From: an uncultured Saprospiraceae bacterium
GTDB lineage: Bacteria > Bacteroidota > Bacteroidia > Chitinophagales > Saprospiraceae
NCBI GenBank assembly: GCA_964551455.1
Contig: CAZKDA010000006.1
Location: 1 to 48,834 of the forward strand
Direction of reading: 5' to 3'
DNA length: 48,834 bases
Position 1 is the stretch's first letter. Every line of letters starts with the position of its first letter. The notes below the pieces were generated by a model, which ran no database searches, was not told the DNA's origin, and saw only the letters and a program-made list of their open reading frames with translations. Positions 35,052 to 42,979 of this stretch are shown here, piece by piece. The position numbers and the translations under genes are program-made.

Positions 35052-35766
35052 CTCAGCTCCTTCTCCCTCACCTCTCCAAAAAACCCTGGCCTGGGCAGTC
35101 CACATTTTCACGGCTTCCGGGATGGTCGCCGGATTTATGGCGATCCTGGCGATCAATGAAAAGGACTGGCGGGAAGCGATGTTCTGGCTGATCCTCTGCC
35201 TGATTATCGACGGGATCGACGGTACCTTTGCCAGGATGTTCAAAGTCAAAGAAGTTTTGCCATTCATGGATGGAAAGACCATGGACTTTGTAGTGGACAT
35301 CGCCACCTACGCCATTATCCCGGCTTATTTTTTCCATGAGGCTGATCTGGTGGCCGAATCCTGGAAATTGCCTTGCACAGCTTTGATCCTGCTCGTTTCG
35401 GTGATCTATTACGGAAAGGACGGGATGGTATCCGGAGATAATTATTTCATCGGTTTTCCGGTGCTTTGGAACCTCGTGGTTTTTTACCTGGTTTTTGTTT
35501 TCCAGGCTAGTGAAACGACGAACCTTGTGCTCATCGTAGTTTTTAGCATCCTGCATTTTATACCCATAAAATTTGCATACCCCAGTCGCGGCGCCCGCTT
35601 TCGCATTCCTACTTTGCTGTTTTCCGTTTTGTTTTTTGTAGTGATGATCGCGATCACTTATTTGTACCCCGAAAGAAATGGCTTGCTCACCTTCGGCGCC
35701 TGGCTCTGCGGATTGTATTTTGGGATGTTGGCGGTTTACAATACTGTTTTGGAACGCAAACTCTGA
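35044..35766 (+). CDS. pcs: phosphatidylcholine synthase (CDP-alcohol phosphatidyltransferase family)
   Basis: 240-aa ORF with the CDP-OH-P motif DGIDGTFARMFKVKEVLPFMDGKTMDFVVD. Pcs-specific blocks match Sinorhizobium Pcs as I recall it (AVHIFTASG, VKEVLP, GFPVLWN(L)VVF, QASE). The only start that keeps TM1 is the GTG at 35044, which overlaps the upstream stop by 8 nt. Confidence 0.85.
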   Translation: MNNSAPSPSPLQKTLAWAVHIFTASGMVAGFMAILAINEKDWREAMFWLILCLIIDGIDGTFARMFKVKEVLPFMDGKTMDFVVDIATYAIIPAYFFHEADLVAESWKLPCTALILLVSVIYYGKDGMVSGDNYFIGFPVLWNLVVFYLVFVFQASETTNLVLIVVFSILHFIPIKFAYPSRGARFRIPTLLFSVLFFVVMIAITYLYPERNGLLTFGAWLCGLYFGMLAVYNTVLERKL

Positions 35767-35976
35767 ATGTGGGTTGTGAATTACTTTTTTGACTGCGAGC
35801 GTCATGCCCTTATTATATATCAAAATATTTATCGATTGGACAGATAAATTAATTCAAACTTTGGATTAATTTGAGTTGGATTTTCTCGCTGTTTCCCTAG
35901 CCTGTTTTCGGATTTCCGGGAAAGCAATAGTAAAATCTGTAGCACTCCGATTTAATCATTTGAAAACACAAACATT

Positions 35977-36684
35977 ATGGGACTCTGGTCAAAAATTAAG
36001 AAGGCTGCCAAAAAAGTCTGGCAAAAAGTCAAAGCCGTTGCCCGAACCGTTATTAAGGTTGTTACGGAAGTGATCGGAAGGGTTTTGGGCATCGTTGATC
36101 TGTTGATTGGATTCGTAGCCTGGCCTCCCAAGAAACTGCGGTTACACATCTTCATTCTTACCAAACCGGACGGAAATCCGGTTGTCAATGCCACTGACCT
36201 CGACAACTCTATCGCTTTTGCAAAGAAGGTTTTAAAAGACAAATTCAATGTGAAATTGCTGCCGTTTAGCAAGCAGTTTGTGGAGATCATAACCGAGCCA
36301 GCACCCGCTGCCGCTTTGGAAGTCAGTTGTGATTTCGAAGCCTTCAAAGAGGAATACGGCGATGCCGGAGAGTATTTCGCAAAACATACTGCGGGGTGGA
36401 ATGCCATTCCCGTATCCCTGAAATTTCCGATCACAGCATTTGTCGTTGAAAATGTAATCAATAAGCAGGGTTGTTCGCTGGGGCCTTTGTCCGATTATCT
36501 CACCCTGGATCCGGAAGGTGTGAAAAACGCGAGCACTTTAGCGCACGAAATCGGCCATTCCTGCGGCCTCTGGCATTCCGGGACGGTGTCGAATATCATG
36601 TTTGCGGATGCGAACCGAGGCGATGGGGTCAAATGGTTTCAGAAAAACCTGTTGCGCAGCTCCCGGCACGTGATGTACTGGTGA
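35977..36684 (+). CDS. small metzincin-like zinc metallopeptidase with a cationic amphipathic N-terminus
   Basis: 235-aa ORF with HEIGHSCGLWH (HExxHxxGxxH) followed by a possible Met-turn (SNIMF). N-terminus: GLWSKIKKAAKKVWQKVKAVARTVIKVV, then a hydrophobic stretch VIGRVLGIVDLLIGFVAW. No classical signal peptide. Confidence 0.6.
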   Translation: MGLWSKIKKAAKKVWQKVKAVARTVIKVVTEVIGRVLGIVDLLIGFVAWPPKKLRLHIFILTKPDGNPVVNATDLDNSIAFAKKVLKDKFNVKLLPFSKQFVEIITEPAPAAALEVSCDFEAFKEEYGDAGEYFAKHTAGWNAIPVSLKFPITAFVVENVINKQGCSLGPLSDYLTLDPEGVKNASTLAHEIGHSCGLWHSGTVSNIMFADANRGDGVKWFQKNLLRSSRHVMYW

Positions 36685-36781
36685 TCAAAGGTATTAACCA
36701 TCCGGTCACTTGTTTCCTGATTGACAAAAATACCATAGCAGATTTTAAGAACTGGTCGCGGGATGCTGGCAGGCGCTTCCC

Positions 36782-37921
36782 CTATTCCACCTCCAGATAA
36801 GGCCTGATCTTCTCCAAAGTTTCCCTGTCCAAAATCACGATATTTTCTAACTGATCAAGGTATGCGAAGTTGCCGTGCTGCTCGCGGTATTTGACGATGG
36901 CGTTGGCTTGCGACCAATTGAGATAAGGATGCGCCGAAAGTTCTTTGGCGGAGGCGGTATTCAGGTTGATTGTTTTGGCGGGCTGATCCAAAACCAGGAG
37001 CGGCCTGATCGTTTGAAAAACACTGTCGGGAAAGCCGCGAGTTTCGCCTACCTGATCTATGGAAACAAAACCGCCGAGCTTATCCCGGAAGTTGCAAATT
37101 TGTTTGGAAAAGTATGGGCCGATGCCCTGTAATTGTTGCCATTCTTCGGCGGAGGCTGTGTTGATGTTGATTTTTATCGGGGCTGTAGCTTCATAATCCG
37201 TCGGGATATGCGCAAGCTCATAGCTGGCGAGCAATGGAGCCGCTTGTTTTTCTTCAATTTTGATATATGGAAACAGCCGCTCAAAATCCGTTTCGGAAAG
37301 TCCGTATATCTTGGCGAGGTCTTCTCTTTTGTAAAAACCGCCACCTTTATTTCTGAAATTCAGGATCGTCAGGACTACTTTTTTTGGCAAGCCGAGCCGG
37401 TGCAATTCTTCTGAAGTAGCGGTGTTCGGATCGAATTCAAACAGTTCAAAATCTGCGGCTAATTCCTCCTCGAGTGGCTCATAACTCCTTTCAAAGTCTT
37501 GCTGCCGCTCATCTTCCAGGCTGATGTAATTTTCAAGCCGTTCGTAATCCTCCTGAGTGATGCCCCATATCTTTTTAAAATCTTCCTTTTTGTAAAATTT
37601 CCCACCTTTTTTGCGGTAATTGGCAATGGTGAACGCCTGTTTTTTCGATAATCCTAATCGCAGAAAATCGTCAATGGAAGCCTTATTGGGATCAAACCGA
37701 AAAAGCTGAACTTCTTCGGCAAGGCTGTCTTCCTGCATATTTTGGAGAAAGCCATCGATCTCTTGCTGGAAATAGCTAAAATCTGTTTTTTCTTCCGTGT
37801 GATTAAATTGACGGAGGATGACAGGCAAGATCACCAAAACGACGCAAATAACAGTCAAAATAACAAGGCCATTGCGTTCCGACCGCGAATAGCGAAAATA
37901 TTCTTTTAATAGTTCATTCAT
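36782..37921 (-). CDS. ComEA-like helix-hairpin-helix DNA-binding protein (4 tandem modules), membrane anchored
   Basis: 379-aa ORF with an N-terminal TM (GLVILTVICVVLVILPVIL). It has four ~60-aa modules of the (I/F)(N/D).NTA(S/T)..EL..L.G(I/L)....A..I..(Y/F)R...G.F type. Confidence 0.75.
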   Translation of the reverse strand: MNELLKEYFRYSRSERNGLVILTVICVVLVILPVILRQFNHTEEKTDFSYFQQEIDGFLQNMQEDSLAEEVQLFRFDPNKASIDDFLRLGLSKKQAFTIANYRKKGGKFYKKEDFKKIWGITQEDYERLENYISLEDERQQDFERSYEPLEEELAADFELFEFDPNTATSEELHRLGLPKKVVLTILNFRNKGGGFYKREDLAKIYGLSETDFERLFPYIKIEEKQAAPLLASYELAHIPTDYEATAPIKININTASAEEWQQLQGIGPYFSKQICNFRDKLGGFVSIDQVGETRGFPDSVFQTIRPLLVLDQPAKTINLNTASAKELSAHPYLNWSQANAIVKYREQHGNFAYLDQLENIVILDRETLEKIRPYLEVE

Positions 37922-38112
37922 GAGTTTTATATTTTGAAATTGAGGTATTTAAATTGTTGATTTGCGAATTTGGTCTTATAGTGTTTAAGTGTATTAGTGT
38001 AATGGTATTTTTTTTTAATGCATTAATAATCAATAACTTATAGCTCATAATCCATCTTTATTCGCCCTATTTTGCTCAACCACGAACTTCGAACCAAAAA
38101 CTATAAACTACT

Positions 38113-40242
38113 TCATCTTTGAATCGCGCTGATAAGCGCACCTTCGTCGCTCAGATCGTACAGCGGAACATCGGCATCAGTGCAGGCCTGTTTCCATCTC
38201 TTGCGTTTCCAAAATTCCACAGCGCCATCGAGAATGATCGTTTCAAAATCAAATAACTCCGATAATTCATCCAGGTTAAAATTAGCGTGTTTTCTGACGA
38301 CTACATAATCGAGTTTGATCTTTGGGCGGGTTCCCGCTTCAGGCAGGTGTTTTAAAAAAGCTATTTTTTTATCATAAAACTGTACAAAACCAGCGGTTTG
38401 CATCCAGTTGTCAAATTGAACGGGTTCATAACCGAAATGAAAGTTTTCGGTCGCCGACACACCCCTTGCCATATGGTAATCCTGCGTAGCAAAAGACAAG
38501 GCCTTCTGATCGACATCGTGATCGCCGAAGCTCAAAACCTTGCCTTTTTCTATAAACTCGACGTGCGTTTTTTTGGGAATATGATAAAATACGATCTCCT
38601 TTCGCAACTGGTTTTCGATGTTCCTGAATGCGTACATTCCACAGAAAAACACTGCAAAAGACATGGCAGCAACCATCCACGACAGTTTTTTTGTGTTGAT
38701 AAAAAAAGCGGTTAAAAGGATAAATCCGTAAGCTGCTATCATCATCCCCACGCTGATCCAGATGCCGGAAAGTAAACCGTAAGGAATTTGTTCGATCAGA
38801 AAGATCAATGAATTCATCATCCAGATCAAACCATTGAGCAACATGCCGGCGTACACCGCTAAAAAAGGCAGAATTGCATGGATGACCAACAACATCACAC
38901 CACCACCCAATATCAAAAAGGCAAACGGGATGACCACAAAACCCGACAGCCAGAAATACAAGGGAAACTGATGAAAATAATATAAACTCAGTGGAAAGGT
39001 AGTGATCTGTGCAGCAATGGCTACCGCCGTGAGTTCCCAAAAGAAATTGCCCACGCGGTTTTCAATATACCACAGCCGGTAGATTTTTGGCTGGAAATAA
39101 ACGATGCCCATCACCGCAAAGTACGAAAGCTGGAAACCGACTTCGTAAACCAGGAAGGGATTGAACAGCAACAGACAAAAAGCGGAAGCAGCCAGCGTGT
39201 TGTAAATATTCCCCGAACGGCTCAATGTCATGCCTGCTATAACAAAGCTGAACATTGTGGTGGCTCTCAACACTGAGGGCGATGCGCCGGTGATCAACGC
39301 AAACAGCCAAAGGCAAATCAAACTGATGGACATCTTGAGCCATTTCCAGGCCGGATGCCGCCAGCGGATACGCCCCAGTAGCATAGCTACGATACCCCAG
39401 ATCATCCCGACGTGCAGGCCCGACACGGCCAAAACGTGCATGGCGCCGGTGTTGGCATAAGCTGTTTTCAAATCCTCGTTCAATTCATCTTTATAACCGA
39501 GGATCAGGGCAGAGCCTACCGCATATTCGTTTTTTTTGGTCAGGTGAGTTTCCAAAACATCCAGAAAGTCATGCCGGAGCCGCTGGGATAAATGGAGCAC
39601 GGGGTTTCCGTTGAGGCTGTCGAGCGGCTGCCATTCATTTGCCCGCACAAAACCCTGAAAATCGATATTTTTCAAATGGAGAAATCTGCTGTAATCGAAG
39701 GCTTCGGGATTGCGCGGCGAAGCGGTAGGCCGGATGTTGGTTTTACACAAAATGCGGTCGCCGTAGTTTAACTCCCGCGTTCGGCTGTCGTTGGGTAAGG
39801 TCAACAGGATCGTTCCCTGGCAATCGGTCATGGTTCCGAAAGGTTTGCCGATCTGCCGGGTTTTCAGATTGATCTTTACAAATTTGGAATTAAAGGAAGG
39901 GGAGTTATTCACAATGCCGATCACCAGGTTTTCGGAGGCGATCCGCGATTTGAAATGATCTTTAGCGTTCAGGTCTGTATGATAAAAAGCCAACTGATAG
40001 CCAAAAACTACGAAAAAAAAGTTGAGGATCAGGCCATAAGTCCAGCGGTGCCGGAATGCCTGCCGCATTTGTGACAACAACAGCAAAACAAAAAGCAATG
40101 CCAACAAAAGATAATCGAAAACAGGAAATGGCTGATCCAGTTGCATAGCCAGGATGATCCCTGCGAGAAGCGGAAAAAGGATGCGGACGAATGGTATCTC
40201 CCTCCAGTTGAACATGAAATTCTCCGGATTAATGGTTTTCAC
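38113..40242 (-). CDS. comEC: ComEC/Rec2 family DNA-internalisation channel protein
   Basis: 709-aa polytopic ORF. It has an N-terminal OB-like DUF4131 region and a competence-domain core (TGAMHVLAVSGLHVGMI...GASPSVLRATTMF). The C-terminal ~170 aa lack an HxHxDH metallo-beta-lactamase motif. Confidence 0.8.
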   Translation of the reverse strand: MKTINPENFMFNWREIPFVRILFPLLAGIILAMQLDQPFPVFDYLLLALLFVLLLLSQMRQAFRHRWTYGLILNFFFVVFGYQLAFYHTDLNAKDHFKSRIASENLVIGIVNNSPSFNSKFVKINLKTRQIGKPFGTMTDCQGTILLTLPNDSRTRELNYGDRILCKTNIRPTASPRNPEAFDYSRFLHLKNIDFQGFVRANEWQPLDSLNGNPVLHLSQRLRHDFLDVLETHLTKKNEYAVGSALILGYKDELNEDLKTAYANTGAMHVLAVSGLHVGMIWGIVAMLLGRIRWRHPAWKWLKMSISLICLWLFALITGASPSVLRATTMFSFVIAGMTLSRSGNIYNTLAASAFCLLLFNPFLVYEVGFQLSYFAVMGIVYFQPKIYRLWYIENRVGNFFWELTAVAIAAQITTFPLSLYYFHQFPLYFWLSGFVVIPFAFLILGGGVMLLVIHAILPFLAVYAGMLLNGLIWMMNSLIFLIEQIPYGLLSGIWISVGMMIAAYGFILLTAFFINTKKLSWMVAAMSFAVFFCGMYAFRNIENQLRKEIVFYHIPKKTHVEFIEKGKVLSFGDHDVDQKALSFATQDYHMARGVSATENFHFGYEPVQFDNWMQTAGFVQFYDKKIAFLKHLPEAGTRPKIKLDYVVVRKHANFNLDELSELFDFETIILDGAVEFWKRKRWKQACTDADVPLYDLSDEGALISAIQR

Positions 40243-40352
40243 ATAGCGTTTAAATCAAAAGGGAATCGAGTACAGCGGGGATTCCCTTCGCCCACTAATG
40301 TAAGAAAATTTCCGAAAGAGATAAAAAGATCGCCGGAAAATGAACACTAAAG

Positions 40353-41390
40353 TTACGAAGGTTGCTTTTTCACACCATTGCCAGTTGTGTAATTCGGCAG
40401 CGTATATTGGTCCACGAAATTTTTCATTTCATCAACCATAAGTGGAGAACCGATAACAATAGTGGATTTTTCGTGCAACTCGCCCGGCTTCATGTCCAGA
40501 ATCCGTTTCAATTGGCAACTGATGGCCATGCCGCCGGCTTGTTCAACGACAAAGGACAAGGGGTTGCATTCATACACCAGGCGGAGCTTGCCTTGCGGAT
40601 ATTTGCGGGTATTCGGATAAAGGAAAATACCCCCCTGAAACAGGATGCGGTGAACATCTGACACCATAGACCCGATATAACGAAGGCTCAGATTCAAGTC
40701 AGAACAATAGTCGATATACCTTCGCAGTTCCACATCGAATTTGAGGTAATAACCCTGATTGACAGAGTAGTAGCCTCCCCGGTCTGGTATTTTTATATCG
40801 CGATGTGACAGACAGAATTCGCCGATGCTCGGATCAAGCGTAAAGCCATTGACGCCTCTGCCGGTAGTATATACCAGGATGGTGGAAGTACCGTAGATGA
40901 CATATCCTGCAGCGACCATTTCGGTGCCTTTTTGCAAGAAGTCTTCCAGTTGGCAGGGGCCGCCGGGGTCTGAAATTCTATGGTAAATTCCGAAGATCGT
41001 TCCTACGGAAACATTGACGTCGATATTGGATGATCCGTCCAAAGGATCGAAAACAACAACGTATTTAGCGTTTTTGGATTCAACGGAAGGTATTTCGATG
41101 AAATGATCATTTTCTTCGGAAGCGATGCCACAGCATTCGCCGCTGTTTTTGAGGCAATCGATTAGTTTTTCATTGGCATACATATCCAGCTTTTGCACGG
41201 CATCACCGCTGGAATTTTCGGCGCCATCCACGCCAAGGATATTTACCAGGCCGGCTTTGTTGACTTCGCGATTGACGATCTTGGCAGCTACGCCGATGTC
41301 CCGCAGGAGACCTGTGAGTTCGCCGGAAGCATAAGGAAAGTCCATTTGACGATGAATGATAAATTCATCTAACGTGATGATTCGATTCAT
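40353..41390 (-). CDS. fbp: fructose-1,6-bisphosphatase class I
   Basis: MNRIITLDEFII...; the blocks GELTGLLRDI, EENDHFIE, VFDPLDGSSNIDVN, GTIFGIY, GYVIYGTST, YSVNQG and GGIFLYP are canonical FBPase I. The start is placed at the ATG at 41390 (345 aa). A TAnnTTTG box at 41427-41434 lies inside the longer track ORF. Confidence 0.9.
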   Translation of the reverse strand: MNRIITLDEFIIHRQMDFPYASGELTGLLRDIGVAAKIVNREVNKAGLVNILGVDGAENSSGDAVQKLDMYANEKLIDCLKNSGECCGIASEENDHFIEIPSVESKNAKYVVVFDPLDGSSNIDVNVSVGTIFGIYHRISDPGGPCQLEDFLQKGTEMVAAGYVIYGTSTILVYTTGRGVNGFTLDPSIGEFCLSHRDIKIPDRGGYYSVNQGYYLKFDVELRRYIDYCSDLNLSLRYIGSMVSDVHRILFQGGIFLYPNTRKYPQGKLRLVYECNPLSFVVEQAGGMAISCQLKRILDMKPGELHEKSTIVIGSPLMVDEMKNFVDQYTLPNYTTGNGVKKQPS

Positions 41391-41426
41391 TTGGAACAGG
41401 TTGATTTCGTTAAAAATTCGGTTTTG

Positions 41427-41434
41427 CAAAGATA
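41427..41434 (-). promoter_or_regulatory. Bacteroidota -7 box (TATCTTTG on the minus strand) for fbp
   Basis: The plus strand reads caaagata. It lies 37 nt upstream of the ATG at 41390. Confidence 0.45.
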
Positions 41435-41587
41435 GCAAAAAAAGGAAGGTGGGAAAGGTGTTTTTTTTTGAGAAATCCTGTTTTCTTTTACAGGAAAAAG
41501 CCCTTGCCGTTTTTGTGATTTGCAATGTCAATTTTTGGTTTTGAAAAACGACGGAATACAAGTTCACACCTTGCATCCTGCAAATTC

Positions 41588-42472
41588 TCAACTGGTTTCG
41601 TCAATGATCTTTCTTATTTCTTCAATAGATTTTCCGGTGATCTTTGATATGGTTTCTGCGTCGAGTCCCGCTTCATGAGATTTGAGGATCACTTCGATTT
41701 TTTCTTGTTCTTTACCTTCTTTCCTGCCTTCTTTCCTGCCTTCTTCTATACCATCTCCAAAGGACGTATCTATCACATTTTTCAAATCCCGATAGTATTT
41801 CAAGCTTTCTTCATATCTGGCTTTTTCTTTCGGGTCGAAACGGGCAATCTCAGCTGTTTCAAAAAGTTTCTGGAATATCCGCTCCTGCAATGCTGCCGGC
41901 CTGTTTTGCAAATACGGAAGATGTTTCAACACATACATCCACTTATCAAAATCCGTTTCCAATTCTGCTTCAGTCTTTTTGAAATTCGGCATTTCCAGGT
42001 ATATGAAGGTGAGCTTGTCGTAAAACACCTGGCATTGCTGGTCTTTCAGTTTGACTTCATGGCGAACCTGGTTTTTGTGGCGGTCATCGTCAAATACAAA
42101 ATCCAGGATGCCTATGGTGTAAACCGCCGCTAATTGGAAATCCCAGTCTCCTTTCTTTGCCTGTTCCTGAATGGGAAAAGTCGAATAATACACACTCCGT
42201 TCTTTGAAATAATTCTGTTTCGCTTTTTGTATTTCAACGATGAAACGTTCTCCGCTAGGGCTGGTGCAATAAAGGTCGAATATCGCTTTGCGATCTACCT
42301 CGCTCGCGCCCAGTTGTTCGGTAGGAGTATAGGATAAATCCTGGACACGATGATGTTTCGGCAGAACCTGATTTAGAAAATCAATCAGCAGATCTTTGTT
42401 TATTTCCGTCCCAAACAACTTTTTGAAACCGTAGTCGGTAAAAGGATTGATGTATTTATCCTGAAGCGCCAT
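41588..42472 (-). CDS. Rpn/YhgA-like PD-(D/E)XK nuclease family (PDDEXK_2) putative transposase/recombination nuclease
   Basis: 294-aa ORF. The N-terminus KYINPFTDYGFKKLFGTEINKDLLIDFLNQVL is the hallmark of the Bacteroidota PDDEXK_2 family. Core: DL.C....GERFIVEIQ. The C-terminus has a Lys/Glu-rich repeat (EGRKEGRKEGKE) and a helical tail. Confidence 0.85.
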   Translation of the reverse strand: MALQDKYINPFTDYGFKKLFGTEINKDLLIDFLNQVLPKHHRVQDLSYTPTEQLGASEVDRKAIFDLYCTSPSGERFIVEIQKAKQNYFKERSVYYSTFPIQEQAKKGDWDFQLAAVYTIGILDFVFDDDRHKNQVRHEVKLKDQQCQVFYDKLTFIYLEMPNFKKTEAELETDFDKWMYVLKHLPYLQNRPAALQERIFQKLFETAEIARFDPKEKARYEESLKYYRDLKNVIDTSFGDGIEEGRKEGRKEGKEQEKIEVILKSHEAGLDAETISKITGKSIEEIRKIIDETS

Positions 42473-42555
42473 GTTGTTTAATCTTTGTTTAGAGATAACT
42501 ATTCAGCAATTACGCTAAAAACCCGATTAAAAGCGGGATGGTTTGTAAATGTAAA

Positions 42556-42648
42556 CCACAAAAGAACACAAAAGGACACATCCCGGATCCCGAAGCAATC
42601 GGGAAAAGCCTTTTATTTTTCTTTTGTTCTCTTTTGTTTCTTTTGTGG
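42556..42648. repeat. palindromic mosaic intergenic element
   Basis: The left arm ccacaaaagaacacaaaaggacaca (42556-42580) is roughly mirrored by cttttgttctcttttgtttcttttgtgg (42621-42648). The central hairpin is tcccgaagcaatcggga (42588-42604). Confidence 0.7.
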
Positions 42649-42697
42649 TTCAAAAAACGCAAATCTCGCACTTTTTAAAAGGCTAAAGATTTTTCAG

Positions 42698-42720
42698 CCC
42701 CGACACAAGTGCCGGGGTGA
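42698..42720 (+). repeat. CCCCGACA-loop-GTGCCGGGGTGA hairpin module (plus orientation)
   Basis: ccccgacacaagtgccggggtga; see the near-identical reverse-complement copy at 31733-31755. Confidence 0.65.
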
Positions 42721-42917
42721 ATAGTTACGTTTAGAGTAAATTTACAGTCTTTTGAACGATATACCAAGATCGCGATTTTTCTGATTGGCACTAACTTTCA
42801 CTTATCCCCGCAAAATCAACAGTGGTGTTGTATATTATCAAAACTTTAAGAAACTGAAATGGTTAAAGAAATCGTAACCTTTGACAAAAAAGCTTTTTTC
42901 CTCACATTCAAAATAAC

Positions 42918-42925
42918 TACCTTTG
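42918..42925 (+). promoter_or_regulatory. candidate -7 box (TACCTTTG) upstream of the ABC exporter
   Basis: Matches TAnnTTTG. It lies 55 nt upstream of the ATG at 42980 and 22 nt upstream of the alternative GTG at 42947. Confidence 0.35.
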
Positions 42926-42979
42926 ACGGCTTGAACAAAAAGCCCTGTGAAGGGATTTAGCATCCGTAATCCGGGAACA

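Noticed and set aside
35068-35823. 251-aa minus-strand ORF antisense to pcs
   Set aside because: The pcs frame carries a complete CDP-alcohol phosphatidyltransferase motif and Pcs-specific blocks. The antisense ORF has no recognisable features.
41391-41591. 67-codon N-terminal extension of fbp (MRICRMQGVNLYS...)
   Set aside because: The conserved FBPase sequence begins at MNRIITLDEF. A TAnnTTTG -7 box (41427-41434) lies inside the extension, and the extension would overlap the Rpn gene stop.
41588-42472. Rpn/PDDEXK_2 gene as an insertion sequence
   Set aside because: I could find no matching terminal inverted repeats or target duplications flanking the gene. Members of this family are usually stand-alone genes, so it is annotated as a CDS rather than a mobile element.
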